DNA from: Marsupella aquatica | Lineage: Eukaryota > Plantae > Marchantiophyta | Length of the DNA stretch: 64,000 bases | Direction of reading: 5' to 3' | Assembly (NCBI GenBank): GCA_973895155.1 | Contig: OZ316891.1 | Span: 23,683,899-23,747,898 of the forward strand | Shown: piece by piece, positions 1 through 13,168 of the stretch | Position numbering within the stretch: position 1 is the first letter of the stretch | How the letters are laid out: every line of letters begins with the position of its first letter | Translations under genes and position numbers: made by a program | The notes under the pieces: generated by a model | Database searches by the model: none | The model's input: only the letters and a program-made list of their open reading frames with translations | Told to the model about the DNA's origin: nothing

Positions 1-2630
1 GCCGGATCCGGCTTAGAGGCCTTTGTAAGATTACCATGGCTGAAGCCGGAGGTGCCGGATTCAGACCTATTAGAATTTGTGGGGTCATGGGAACCCGAGA
101 CCAATTGCACGAGGATATATGGGAAGGATTTCTATCTTACTCCCAAGGTAATTGCCGAAGTGTTTGGCTTGCCGATAGGCAATAAGACCAAGGTTGATAC
201 CAGGAAGACCTTGCCTGACAAAGAGTTCTGGTCGTTCCCCGGGCCATCAACGAAGAATGGCTTCTTCCGGAACACCTGCACCAACCCACACATAGGAGAG
301 ATGATCGACTTCTTGCGGGTGACCATGCATTGTAACTTGCCGAGGGCAGAGATTGGCAAGGCACAGGTCTATCTGGCAGAGAGGCCAGACCCAAGCCGGG
401 ACTACAATGGGCACCTCCTCAACCAATTGAAGAAGATCTTAAAGGAGGAGCAGCAGGTAATCGGCATGGGGAGCGTGTCGCGGCTTGGCTATCACATGCC
501 GCTGTTGTGCCGGTATGCCAGAGGTCAGACCTTTGCCCCAGTACTTCCCCTGCAGGTAAGGACACCCGAGGAAGCTCCAGCACCGAGGCCGGTAGCAGAA
601 AAGCCTCAACCACCTGTTAGCCCTACGATTGAGCAGGTGTTTAGGCCAAGGAAGGAAGACTTGCCGATGCAGCAACCAGGCATGCAGAATCTGCTACTAC
701 TGGAGAAAGAAAAGAGATCGGCAACGACAACGGCAACGGCAACAATGCAGGACACTGCCCCAGAGGTCAACCTAAGCAGACTTAGAAGGGAAAACCCCTT
801 TACCGGAAATAAGGAGAGAATCAGGCCAGAATCCAAGCCAGGTGTTCGAATGTACGTAGGAGTCTCAAGCTCAGAATCTGAGGCAGAATTGCCTGAAGCT
901 CCTACCGACGAAGAAGAGAGGGAGAAGCCGGAAGTCCAAGAAGTAGAGGAGGCAGTGGAGGACTGCAGCCATGATAACTCCGGCTATGGGTCGGACCATC
1001 ACGTTCCAGGAGTAAGGACCTGTGTCCGGTTTATCCCCACACTTCCAAGGGTAGTACGAGGGGACCCCAACCAGCAGAGTAGCCCTGAGTCTCCCCCACC
1101 AGATGTTTCTCCCCGAGCTTTGACGGCATAAAACAGACGGCGCAGGAATTTCAGGAGCGAATCAGGCAGGAAGGGGAGGCAGCCCTGGCTAGGGAAAAGG
1201 ATTTACCAGGAGGAGATTGGCCGGAGGACATCAGGCGGCTAGCCAAAAAAGGAAGCAAACCTCTAGCCACGATTGAAGAGATCCGCAAGACGGCTTGGGA
1301 GTAGAGGCCGCGATGGGCGATGCCGATCACTTCTACTTACTCCACCTACGCTAAGAATAGAGCCATGGAGTATGGTGAGATGTGTGGGGAACTTGCGCTC
1401 GGCATCTTTGGGGAGGAGTTGGAGGTAGGACCCTTTTTCCATAGGGAGCAGTTGGAGAAGCACCAATAAGATGAAGCGGTGGTTTTAGAGAGAAGCAAGA
1501 AGGACGAGGTCATCCGGTGGCTTAGGAGGATGGAAGCCGAGATTGAAGATCTAAGGGCGGCCAAGAAAGCCCAAGATGAACTGCGGATTAAGCGGCATGA
1601 GCTGAACATCATGCAGGGGCAGTTGGACACAGCGCAGGCTGATAGTCAGATTATCAAGGATAAACTGACTCAGACCCAGGGAGAATTGGCCGATGCAATC
1701 AAGGACAGGGAGAAATGGAAGAAGGAGCTGAGAGACGCAGAGGAGGCCCATATAGCAGTCAACAACTGGGTCATGGCGGAGACCCAAAGAAAGGAATGGG
1801 CGTTGAAGGGGGAGCTCGAGAAAAGCCGCGGAGCCCTTGAGCAGAAGGAGGCCGAGTTAGGGAAATCCTATCAAGGGATTATTGCGTTGCAGCAGGAGCT
1901 TGCGTCCCTAACGGCTAGCTTCAAGGCCGACCTAAGGGAGAAGGACGATATGCTCGATCAGACTTATGCCAAGATGAATAAAATGGAGTCTGAGATCGTG
2001 ACAGAGCTCGACAAAGAGCTAAGAGCAACCCAGGAGGGGCTACCTTGAAGAAGGAATTGGAGGAAGCCCACAGGGAGCAGGAGGAGGCCAAAAACGAGTT
2101 GGAGGGGGCACGTAAGGACCTGGATGAGACCCAGGAGGAATTGGAGGAAATCACGAGGAAGATGGAGAACCTACAGCGGCGGGCCGACAACCAAACAGAG
2201 CGGCTGAAGAAACAAGCCGCAGTATTTAAATGCTTAGCTGTAGCAGGTCCATCGCCCGTTGGGGCGAACCAGTTACCAGGAGTGGTACTGGCCGAAGAAC
2301 AAGCCGCACCACCTGCACCAGTGCCGAAAGTAAGTGGGAAGGGGAAGGGACCAGCTGCCGAGCCGGAAACAAAGAAGAAGCGGAAACCTTCAGGGTCAAG
2401 GAGTAATACGACTCCACAGGCCGTGGTGACCAAGGAGGTAGACCCAGCACCGACCCCAGACAGGGTCATGGCAAAGGATCCAAGGGGAGGCCAAAGCCGT
2501 GGGAGTGGCTCAGGCCGAGGGAGAGTTGACTCGGTCAAGGGCAGGTAATCTGTCAGTAGGCGGGCCAACGGCAATGGCTGAAGAGGAAGCGTTGGGGGCG
2601 TCCATTGAGGATCCACCACCGGTGTCGTGA
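1..2630 (+). pseudogene. Disrupted copy of the LTR-encoded PMD-like/coiled-coil ORF
   Basis: ORF pieces 52-1131, 1479-2048 and 2045-2548 match consecutive parts of the intact protein at 13284-16904, separated by frameshifts and stops. Confidence 0.9.
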
Positions 2631-3544
2631 TGGTGCAAGGGCGTCGTTCCTTTTAGGAAGGGCGGACGTGGAGGTAGGAGGCGTGAGTGGGCAGGGCGGG
2701 CGCTGATCTCCAAGTTTAAGATTAGGATCAGGACCAGGAGCGGCCCTGACACTTAGCTTAGTGGGATTGCGGTTCCACTGGTAGGAGCAACACTTGTGCC
2801 CCTACCTTGCTGTACATAGGTAGATCCGGGCAGGTAGATTACTGTTAGGTAGATTAGGCTTACGCTGCAAAGAATTAGGCGGATTCGCTACCAGGATAAA
2901 TACCTGGGCTGCGGGGAGCTCAGGGCCTCTTCTTTAGCAAGTTTTTAGTTTGCACCAGCCGGGCTAGGATCAAGTAGTAAGAGAAGCTCTCGGTTAGTCA
3001 TACAGTGACCTTGTGTATATTCATGTTTCCTCATGCCTAAGAGCTGAATAGAGTTGGCCTCACGGCTTAGTTCGCAGAGCTTGTGTATGAAATGTACTGT
3101 TTGTATGGCAAGTGCATGGTATGACTCAGTCAAAAGGAGTCATTTTACTATTTGTGTGTCGCATTAACTTGTGTGAAGAGTACCCACATCAACTAATAGG
3201 AGAAGGAAAGTAAGCAAGGGAGTGAGAGTTGGATGTGTCGAGCTGAGAGAGGTCTTAGCGGCTTAACCAAGCCTATTGGGGATCATTCCGGCGGCGGAAT
3301 CCAAATATACCTAACCAGAAGGAGAGGAAGACAAGGGAAGGCCTAGAGTAGGCCGGCTTCATATCTCATGACCCGATGAAGGATCTGTCCAGTATATGTG
3401 TGTAAATTGTTAATAGATGTAGAGGAGATTAGCAGCGTCCCATGCCGCTAAGCCGCGGAAACGGCCCCGCCAAGCGCAAAAGTTGCGGGAATCGGCTTGA
3501 GCTGGGGGGTTTCTTGGGTTTAGGGAGCCATGGGATGCACCACA
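1..3544 (+). mobile_element. Family A giant LTR (5' part outside window), inserted into another family A LTR
   Basis: Colinear with 14164-17825. Ends ...GGGATGCACCACA at 3544 and is followed by TAAAT plus minus-strand family A LTR sequence. No PBS follows, so it is a 3' or solo LTR. Confidence 0.9.
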
Positions 3545-5063
3545 TAAATACTGCGGCTTGTGTCTTCAGCCGCTCCATTTGGTTGTCGGCCCGCCGGTGT
3601 AGGTTCTCCATCTTTCTCGTGATTTCCTCCAACTCCTCCTGGGTCTCGTCCAGGTCCTTGCGCGCCTCCTCCAGCTCCTTATTGGCTTCCTCCAATTCCC
3701 TCCTTAAGGTAGCCCTCTCCTCCTGGGTTGCTCTTAGCTCCTTGTCGAGCTCTACTACGACCACAGACTCCATTTTATTCATCTTGGCATAAGTCTGGTC
3801 GAGCTGGTTGTCCTTTTCACGCAGATCAGCCTTGAAGCTGGCCGTCAGGGACGCAAGCTCCTGCTGCAGCGCAATAATCCCTTGATAGGATTTCCCTAAC
3901 TCTACTTCCTTTTGCTCAAGGGCTCCGCGGATATCTTTGAGCTCTCCTTTCAACGCCCTCTCCCTTCTCTGGTTCTCCGCCATGGCCCGATTGTTGGTTG
4001 CTAAGTGGGCCTCCTCTGCATCCCTTAGCTCCCGCTTCCATTTCTCTCTTTCCTTGACTGCGCCGGCCAACTCTCCTTGGGTCAGAGTCAGTTTATCTTT
4101 GATAATCTGATTGTTAGACTGAGTGGTATCCAACTGCCCCTGCATGATGTTTAGCTCATGCCGCTTAATCCGTAGTTCATCTTGGGCTTTCTTGGCCACC
4201 TGCAGGATTTCCATCTCGGCTTCCTTCTCCCTAAGCCGTCGGATGACCTCGTCCTTCTTGCTCCTCTCCAAAGCCACCGGTTCTTCTAATCGATGCTTTT
4301 CCAACATCTCCCTCTGGAAAAAGGGTCCCTGCTCCAACTCCTCCCCAAAGATGCTGAGCGCCAATTCCCCACACATCTCCCCATACTCCATGGCTCTATC
4401 CTTAGCATAGGTGGAGTAACTAGAAGTCATCGGCATTACCCACCGCGGCCTCTGCTCCCAAGCCGTCTTGCGGATTTCTTCTATGGTGGCAAGAGGGTTG
4501 CTTCTTTTTTTGGCAAGCCGCGTGATGTCCTCCGGCCAATCTCCTCCTGGTAAATCCTTCTCCCTAGCCAGGGCTACTTTCTCTTCCTCCCTAAGTCACT
4601 CCTGAAATTCCTGTGCCCTGGCTAGGGAGAACGCTTCCAATCGTGAAAACGGCCTCTGGTTTCCAGGCTGTCGTCTCCTTCTGCTCTCCATGGAAAGGAG
4701 CCTTAGGCTGCTCTGCCTCTGATTCGGGGCTTGAGGCTCCCACATACATTCGCACTCCCGGCTTGTGTTCTGGCCTCCTTCTCTCCTTGGCTCCGGTAAA
4801 GGGATCTTCCCCTCTGAGTCGGCTTAAGCCGACCTCGGGGGCATCGTCCTGTATTGTTGCCGTTGCCGTTGCCGTTGCCGGAACCGTTCTCTTTTCCTTC
4901 TCCAGCAAGTTCAGCAGAATTTGCATGCCTGGTTGCTACATCGGCACGGCTTCTTTCCTTGTCCGAAACACCTGCTTGATCATTGGACTGTCGGGTTGGT
5001 TGCGCTTCTCTGGTGCCGGCCTCTGCTCCGAAACCTCCTCCGGTCCCCTTGCCAATAGGGGAA

Positions 5064-6404
5064 ATCCGAATTTGGGATAAGGAGTATACGCCGCGGCACT
5101 TCAAACCTGAGGGTAAGACGGACAATGGATACAAGCAGGGGGCGTGCACCAACTTAACCTGTATGGAGCGGCTTAACTTCATACGGACTACCCTACACAT
5201 GATTGAGCCACGATCCGAGATTTCCCTCTGCACGATAGTGCAGATGGAACAGTACAAACGACGAAACTGGGCCCAATTCTTCTACCGAAGATTCTCGGGG
5301 GAGCTGAAGCGGGCTCAGGGTGGTATGGCTATTGGAGGGAAGACTTACTTGGGGAGTCATATCGCCATTATCCTCGCCTGGTACAAGGCACGGTGGGAGG
5401 CCAGAGGAAAGAATACGGCCACCTCAGCCCCGGGTAATGTCACCCCCACCCCAGAGGAGGCAACCCCGACTACGCGGACTACTGTCCCTCGGACAAACCC
5501 CGAGCCGGAAGCCCCGACTAATACTCCGCAATCGCCCCCTGTGGAAATTCCACCGCCTCCTTTCGTTGAGCCTCCGCTACCTGCAGTACAACCACCCCCA
5601 ATCCCTCCACCACCTGAAGAAACCTTCCCCTCCCTAGCGCTGACTACGGAGGAGCTCATTGCCCCTGCCGAGGAACCACCGGTACCCGAGAGGATGGAGG
5701 ACTACCAAGTAGCCCCGGGGACCATGGCCTACGACCTGGTCCAGAAGTTTAGCCAGACTATGTCTGGGGAGTTGGCGACATACATCGGACAACAAGTCTC
5801 GGCGTACTTTCATCCAGCCTTCTTCATGTTAGAGCACCAACCACGGATCGTCAGCCGCTTGGAAGAAGAACTCATGGTGAAGGGGAATGAGATCGGGTGT
5901 CTCCAGATGCTGGTAGAGCACCTCGAGGAGGAGGCAACGACCCGCCGCGAGGATTTAGTCCGCACTGTCGAATAGAGGGACGGACTAACCCAGGAGTTAA
6001 GCGGAGCGCAGGCCGAACTCAAGAAGCTGGACGACACCGTGCTTCAATTACGCTCAGAATCTTCGGCTCGGGTTACCAGCCTGACCGACCTCAACAAACA
6101 ATTCCTGCAGGCAGCACAGCAGGTGGCTAGTCTCTCCGCCGAACGAGATAAATTGCTAGCGCAGGACCAGGTCCATCGCGACGCCATCGACCAGCTCAAC
6201 TTGGAGGTGGCGCGGCTCCAGACTGAAGCCGACGAAGCTGCAAACGAGGCGGAGGAAGCATTACGGGACAACAAGGCTTTGCAGGACCGCGTCACCCTGC
6301 TCGTCCTCCAGCGGGGAAAACCTGGACCCACCTCTGATCAAGGCGGCTTGAGGTCTCGCCCCGACAAGGGGACCAGCCCTGGTCCAACCACTGCACACAC
6401 GTAA
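5064..6404 (+). pseudogene. Family B accessory ORF (PMD-like C-terminal half, Pro-rich linker, coiled coil)
   Basis: ORFs 4983-5975 and 6039-6404 are in frame across one TAG (CAG in the 31.4-kb copy). Motif NGYKQGACTN...LNFIRTTLH...YLGSHIAIILAWY aligns with family A NGFFRNTCTN...IDFLRVTMH...RLGYHMPLLCRY. Confidence 0.75.
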
Positions 6405-7387
6405 GGGGTAGTTAGCGAAGGGTAGAAGCAGGCGCCGCGCGAGGCGGTTAAGTCAACGGCATCTTTTAGTTAGGCGTAACGACAGAATAACTGTCATTAG
6501 GCGCCGATTAGCGGCAGTAGGAAGAATTAGGGCCGATCAGTTAGGATCAGCCAACGTAGGATTGAGTCCATCAACGGACTAGAGTTTGTCAGTAGGCTTG
6601 GCCGCTGCCATTCCGGTTGGCACACTCGTAGTCGACGGTCAACCGGTCAGTGCAGCGCGACCGGTAGTCAGCAGTTAGTTAGTCAGTAGGTAGTACCCCG
6701 GAAGGTAGTATCCTCCGGTTCTCTTCCGCTATGGTAGTATTTAGGCTTCCCCTTCCGCGATGGGAAGGGGGAGAAGGCTTAGTTATCTCAGCAGAAGAAA
6801 GGCGAGGCACGGGGAGTCCCGGCCTGAGTAGGGTCAGAGCGTACCAAGGAGTGAGAGCCAGAGTCGAGCTTGCTGGGCAAGTGCGAGGCAGGGCCTCGTA
6901 GAGACTGGGCATCGACTGCCGTTGGGCCTGCTGACCCCCTTTGAAGTCGAGTCAACCATGTAAACTGATGCTTCGCTGAGTAAATGTAGTCTTTTCCCCT
7001 TAATGTTTTTGAGAGTAACTGGTGTTGTGTGTATGCTTTGTCCGGGCAAAGGCGCCATTTTAAGGGACGTACCGGGTGCGGACTAATGGTAGGGATTGCC
7101 ACTCATTGCATGTCACAAGGTCCTGTCACGTCGATGGCTTGAAAAGCCCCAAGTCGGGAGTTAGTCCGCGTCACTAACTGAGGGAAAATTCCAGCGGTGG
7201 AAAATAAATATACCTATGACAAGTACGAATTATGCGAGTGTTATACCAGTAAGTATAGCGGCTTAGCCCAACTTAGGGCTATTGAAGGTCACTACACACC
7301 TCCTTGCCCGAACCCTCACCCCTACTGGTGGTCGAGGTCGCACCACGACACTAACCCGGATTTAAGGCCCAGGGTAGGGGTGCGACA
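5064..7387 (+). mobile_element. Family B element 3' end (LTR-type terminus ...GGTGCGACA)
   Basis: Homologous to 28270-29106 plus 31335-32827. Ends in CA at 7387, where family A sequence resumes. Confidence 0.8.
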
Positions 7388-9221
7388 CGGCACAACAGCG
7401 GCATGTGATAGCCAAGCCGGGACATGCTTCCCACGCCGATCACCTTCTATTCCTCCTTCAAGATCTCCTTCAGTTGGTTGAGGAGGTACCCGTTATAATC
7501 CCGGCTTGGGTCTGGCCTTTCTGCCAAGTAGACCTGAGCCTTGCCGATCTCTGCCCTCAGCAAGTTACAGTGCATGGTCACCCGCAAGAAATCGATCATC
7601 TCTCCGATGTGTGGGTTGGTGCAGGTGTTCCGGAAAAAGCCATTCTTCGTTGATGGTCCTGGGAACGACCGAAACTCCTTGTCAAGTAAGGTCTTCCTGG
7701 TATCAACCTTGGTCTTATCACCCATCGGCAAGCCAAACACCTCGGCAATCACCCGGGGAGTGAGATAGAAATCCTTCCCATACACCCTTGTGGAATTGGT
7801 CTCGGGTTCCCATGATCCCACAAATTCTAATAAGTCTGAGTCCGGCACCTCTGACTTCAGCCATGGTAATCTTACAAAGGCTTCCAAGCCGGATCCGGCC
7901 ATGAAGCCTTGGTAGTTCTTGGTCTGCATGGCTGTAAAGCATGCATCCTCCTCTCGTGCAAAGTGTAATTGCACTTCCTCCGGTAGGGTCGCCACCCAGC
8001 CTTTCCAGGTGTCATTGTCTGTTGGAATGGCATTGATGGGATTGACCTCTTCCTCCTCGGCTTCTCCCCTAGTCCCGCTCTGCTGCGGTGCTGGCTTCCT
8101 AGGTGCCGCCGACCTCGTTCTTTTTGTCGGGGTGTCCTCTTTGTTGTTGTTTCCTTTCCTCTTCATCTCGGCTGCCGTGGATGTTTCTCCTAGCAAGGTT
8201 GCCTTCGTCCACCCGTTCGTGTTACCCTTCAACTCCCAGTGTAGGTCGCTGCAGCGATTGATGGCTTCTCGGATGCCGACGATTCTGTTTTCGCAAAACA
8301 GAAGGTCGTCGAGCTGATTGGCAGTAAGAGTCCACAAGAACTTGGCCTTGATAAGTTCTCCTCCTAAGAAAGCCGTCTTTTGTAGTTCCCAGAGCCGAGC
8401 GAGTTCCTGCCGTTCTTGAGCTGCTCTCTCCGATTCCTCGTCCTCGTAAGTCCTGATGTACTCACCTGCCCGTTCGAACAAGCATCCCCAAAAATGTGTT
8501 GCTTGAATAATGTTGCTCATAACAGTTGCCTTTGTCCACCCCTCCGTGCTACCCTTCAACTCCCAGTGCGCATCGTTGCAGCGGTTGATGGCTTCCCGAA
8601 TGCCGACGATTCTATCTTTGCAAAATAGAAGGTCATTGAGCTGATTGGCAGTAGGAGTCCACAAGAACTCAGCCTTGATGAGTTCTCCTCCTAAGAAGGC
8701 AGACTTCTGCAGCTCCCACAGTCGAGCAAGCTCCTGCCGTTCTCGAGCTGCTCTCTCCGATTCTTCATCCTCGTAAGTCCTAATGTACTCAGTTGCCCGT
8801 TTGAACAGGCATCCCCAAAAATGTGCCGCTTGATTGACGTTGCTCATACCTCCTTGACTCGATCGTTGGTATCTGTTCCCACCCCGAGTGCTTGCCTAAG
8901 CAGCTAACAGTGATTGGCCTCCCATAGTCGTCTGCCCAGTTCATTCTTGCAAACGAGCCACTATTCCTTGCGAGCGGTCCTTACCCCTCTCCTCCTAAGG
9001 TCTTCCCTCCCGTTGGTCACCCCTAGCCGCCGACGCTTAGCGCGCCCTAACCCTAATCGTGTTTTCTCCCCCCGCATTCTTACTTCCGGCCTCGGCCCGG
9101 GTTCCATAGTCACCCTTAATTGTTTATATTTTCCTTGTTTTGTTCCTATACTAAGGTGTTTCCAGGGTACACTCCTGCCTTACCATTAAACCGGGCTAGT
9201 GATTCTTGGCTAGGCATCACA

Positions 9222-10800
9222 TTGTGGCCGGTCCGCCCTGGACCGGTCTTGTTGCATTTGTTTGAGCGGCTATTACCAATGGACAGTTGGCCGTGGAACA
9301 AGCTTCCATTTTGCAGACTTGCCTCGGCCATCCCCCTGCCGTCTTGGTTCAGTGCATTCCCGTGCAAAGTGGCCTGGCTTCTCACAGTTGTGACAAACCG
9401 GGGATCGCCAAATCCCTGGCTTAGGAGGAATGCTCAGGTTACTGATAACTTGGAAACTCCTGCCATTGTTTGGGTAGGGGTATGCAGTTCTACTTGCTAA
9501 GTTACGCGGACCCACCGTTGAAATCTGATACACCGAATCAGAAGGGTCTTCAAAGAAATACTCCGTGGACTCCAATTCAGGTCCCGGGTTGTCAACATCA
9601 TCTAATTCCACCTGGTGGACTCGATTCTTCCATCTTGGGCATTCCTGCACAACATGCCCGGATTGGAGGCACTTTGAACACCACGCATGGGCTCGTGTCT
9701 CAGGTGGCTTCTTCTTCTCCACCGGCTTTTCCGCAAGATGTACTGACAATGCTTTGAGATGATCCGTGATTTCATTAAGCTTGTCTGTTTTGGCGGCCTT
9801 TGGATCAGGTATCGCTCTTCAAACCCGGGGCTTGATTTTCCCCTCCTTCTTAACTTGCCTCTTCTTCTTCTTGCCCCGGCTCTTGCTCTCTGAATCACTT
9901 CCTGATGAGCTAGAAGTGGAGGATCCGCTGGTCGAAGTTGAATCCAAACTAGATTCTGTCTCCGAACTGGACGAGGTCAAACGATGTTTCTTCTTCTTCT
10001 TGCATTTCTTCTTCTTCTTGTCGTCCGATTCAGAGTCACTATCATTGAAGGTCTCGTACTTGCCCTTATTGCGGCGTGCCCGCTGGCTTTGCCGGAAGTT
10101 ATAGGTGGACTCCCGGTAGGTTTCAGCGCACGCTATGGCTGCTTGCATTGAAATTGGGTTATTCTGGCGCACCCAGAATTGCATATTCATGGGCAAACCA
10201 TGGAGGAACCACGTAAGCTGGAGCGCGTCTCCCGGCCTGGGCCAGATCTTGGCAGCAAGTTTCTGAAACTTCTGAATGAACTTTCATAGGGACTCCTTCT
10301 TCCCCATGCGAATCTGGCCGATCTTTAATAAAGAACGCTGCATTGATCCAATGGCACAAAACTCTTGCAGCAACGCGGCTTGGAATTGTGCCCATGTAAT
10401 CCCGGGTTGCAGCGAGTTGTACCATGGACGAGCTTCTCCCCGCATCACTCCGGGGAGGACGGTTAGCTTAATGGCATCTTCCCCGTTGGCCTTAGCAGTG
10501 GCTTCAAACTCATCCAACCATTCATCCGGATCATCCCCATGACGCCCTTTGAAAGCTCAATAATGAAACCGCGATCATTGTGATATTTGTGGGGGAGCTT
10601 GAGCAGCGCGGGCCATAGCCGGTGGGGGGGCAGCCATAGGTACTGGTGGCGGTGGTGGTGCTGGCGGAGGTGCAGCAGGGACGAGAGCAGGACTGGCTGG
10701 ACCAGACCCCAAAGGTCCCGGTGGTATGTTCATTCGTCGAGGTGATTGTGAATCCTCCGAGCCTGAAGAGTCGGAGCTTGTTGGGGTTGCACTCTCTCAT
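9222..10800 (-). pseudogene. gag: Family C Gypsy gag remnant
   Basis: Retrotransposon-gag-like segment DEFEATAKANGE...GEARPWY, a Ser/Lys-rich tract, and zinc knuckles CSKCLQSGHVVQEC and CHNCEKPGHFAREC. Related to family A gag. Confidence 0.85.
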
Positions 10801-10948
10801 TTGATGGTCAATCTTCTCAAGTAAGCTGCTTGAGAACGAGTGACGGGCATTTACTCGTATAAATGCGATGGTTAGTAACTCACAAGGGCCTGGTGTATTC
10901 TGCCCAGGTGCACCCGCACATGTCTCCCCTCTACTACTCGTAGAGTGC

Positions 10949-10966
10949 CCCCTCCATCTAGCGCCA
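10949..10966 (-). promoter_or_regulatory. Primer-binding site (tRNA-Asn-like) of family C
   Basis: Minus strand TGGCGCTAGATGGAGGGG, identical to the family A PBS. Resembles the complement of the plant tRNA-Asn(GUU) 3' end (recalled as ...CCTCCTTCTAGCGCCA). Confidence 0.7.
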
Positions 10967-10979
10967 AAAACAAAGGCTA

Positions 10980-12908
10980 TGTCATGTCGTCAACCTAGGC
11001 CTTAACCCGGGCACATCCTTTGTCAAAATGAGGGTTTGGGCAGGGAGGGAGGCACGGAATGCACCTAACTCACATAAACTAGCGCTAAGTGCGCCTATTG
11101 TCATATACGGACACCTCAGTCGATAGCAGGATTGACCCTAGCTTACTGGCTTCTAAGCCTTCGTGTTGTCCGCCTTTGATCCGGATTTGATGATATGGGT
11201 ACCCAACCCGGGCTCGCAACCACTTACCCGCAAGCTGCACCCCGTGCACAACTTGGGTAGTGCGTTCAGCCAAGCGTTGGCACCTATACACAAGACACAC
11301 ACATATACATACGCACAAGCATACAATCTCGATTTACATGAAGGAAATAATGGGAAGGGATTTTACTACATAGGGGACATATGCGTACACTTAGTTGACC
11401 CGGAAGCTCTGGAATGAACAGGTCCAAGGCCAAGGGTGTACACTACAATGGAGCCCGGCTCCGCACTCGCCCAGCGAGCTTAGTCCTACACCCTCCCCTT
11501 GGTACTCTTTCACTCCCAGAGGTCGGGACTCCCCGCACATACCACGGATGTCCAACACTGAGACTAAAAATCCCCCCCTTGCCTCTACCAAGGGCTGCAC
11601 TAAATACTAAGGGCCAAGGAATTGAGTGCCCTCGCGCCCAAAGATTTGCTAACTAAGGTCCTAACTAACCTGGCTGTCAGGCCAAAAAACGGCTTGTCTT
11701 ATTAGAAGATCCTAATCTACGCAGGTTGGACAGCATGGCAGTGCTGCTTTAACTAGGGCAGGTGCTTGTCCCTATAGCCTGATTTAGCTATTCCTAACTC
11801 TATTTTAATCCTACTCCGCCGCTAATGCCTGGCACGCTTGCCAGAGCCGCCTGAGTGGGAGCGGCTATCCCGCTGCCTTCTGAGTCTGTCGACGTCCTGC
11901 TTGAGTAGCTGGACCTGGTCTAGTAGAGATTTGTCCTCTCGCTTTGCCGCATCCGCCTCTTCCGCGGCCTCCTCGCATGCCTCCTCCAGTTGCTGGGTGT
12001 CACTCGTCAGCTTATCCACCAACTGGGCCTGTTTCGTGGCTTCTCCTTGAAGCCGCGCCACCTCTGCCTTCAGGGTGTCAATTTTGGCTGTGTCCCACTA
12101 AGATGTAGAGTCAACTTCCTCCAGATCCTTTTGCCAATTGACGGTTTGTCCCTTCAAACCGTCAATTTTGGTCCAGAGCCATGCGATCTTGGCGTCCTTC
12201 CCAAGCCCGGCCTATTCTGCTAAAGCTTCTCGGGCCCTAGCCTTGGCAACCTGGTCCTCCGTGGCCGTTACCTGAGGTCGTAGTTGCTAGAGTTCAGCCT
12301 CCAGGGTTGCCACTTCGTCCTTCAGGTAGGCAGACTCAACCCGATATTGCTCTATTCTCTACATTGTCTCTGCTTGTGCATGTCGTGCCCTTACAGCCAC
12401 GACCAACTCCTGGTTGAAGAAGAAGGCCACCCTCCGGGCCATGTATTCCCTGGTGTCCCGAGAGATCTGTTGCAAGAAATCTCCCAGCAACCCGTTCAGA
12501 AATGTGCCCAACGCAAAGAGTTCCGGATGGTCTAGACTGTGTCCATCTGGATTTGGGCATGGGCAGACTCCAACCCGTTCAAGAGTAGGAGTGGACACAT
12601 CCAGCCCTTGAGGTAAGTCGGTCGTAGGGGCTGGTTCCACTGGAGGTGGGCGGTTCTCCTGCATAACCGTGGGGGGTGGCAGAATCTCCTCAGCTACCGT
12701 GGCATCTGCTTTGGGTGTGGCCTCATCTGGCCCGACTTCGATTGCATTGTCCCGATTGATCGCGTCTAAGGTCGCGATAACGTCAATGGGTATGCCCAGC
12801 GGGGCGGCAGCGGCAGGTTGCAGGGCCGGGGTAGCAGGACTTGCAGTTGCCAGACTTTGGGCCTCGGTCTGCGGTCGCCTCACCTGGGCTGGGAACTGTA
12901 GTTTGCTA
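10980..12908 (-). mobile_element. Family C 5' LTR (partial) containing a coiled-coil ORF remnant
   Basis: Ends ...CATGACA 13 nt before the PBS. ORFs 12359-12925 and 11822-12061 resemble the family B ORF C-terminus (EEAAEEADAAKREDKSLLDQVQLL vs DEAANEAEEALRDNKALQDRVTLL). Confidence 0.7.
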
Positions 12909-13168
12909 TGAAGAACCAAAAACACACTTAAAGGTCTTCAAACTTGGTATTCGTTCTCGTAAAGAACAAGATGGGGTTGGTTTGATAGATTTAAACAATA
13001 ATAAAGAACTAAAAATGTTTTCCACACATAGTAATCAAGTTTGGTTACTTCAATAAGGTATTTTGAAGATCACTCCACAGCGGTGAGTAGTTTTCAATGA
13101 TAACTCAGCATGAGGTAACCATAAATTAATGAAAAGGGAATGATTAACAAAACACAAGAGAAAATAAT

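Larger units (their letters stand above)
3545..9221 (-). mobile_element. Family A LTR (minus), interrupted by a family B fragment and inserted into family C gag
   Basis: LTR start (reverse complement TGTGATGCCTAGCC) at 9221. ORF remnants 7447-8847, 4591-4926 and 3545-4436 match the LTR protein. Internal deletion near 4610. Confidence 0.85.

Noticed and set aside
4983-5975. Novel 330-aa gene starting at 4983
   Set aside because: It is a chimeric ORF: the first ~27 codons are antisense family A LTR fused at ~5063 to the family B ORF.
10949-10966. tRNA gene
   Set aside because: Only an 18-nt match to a tRNA 3' end including CCA, next to an LTR. This is a PBS.
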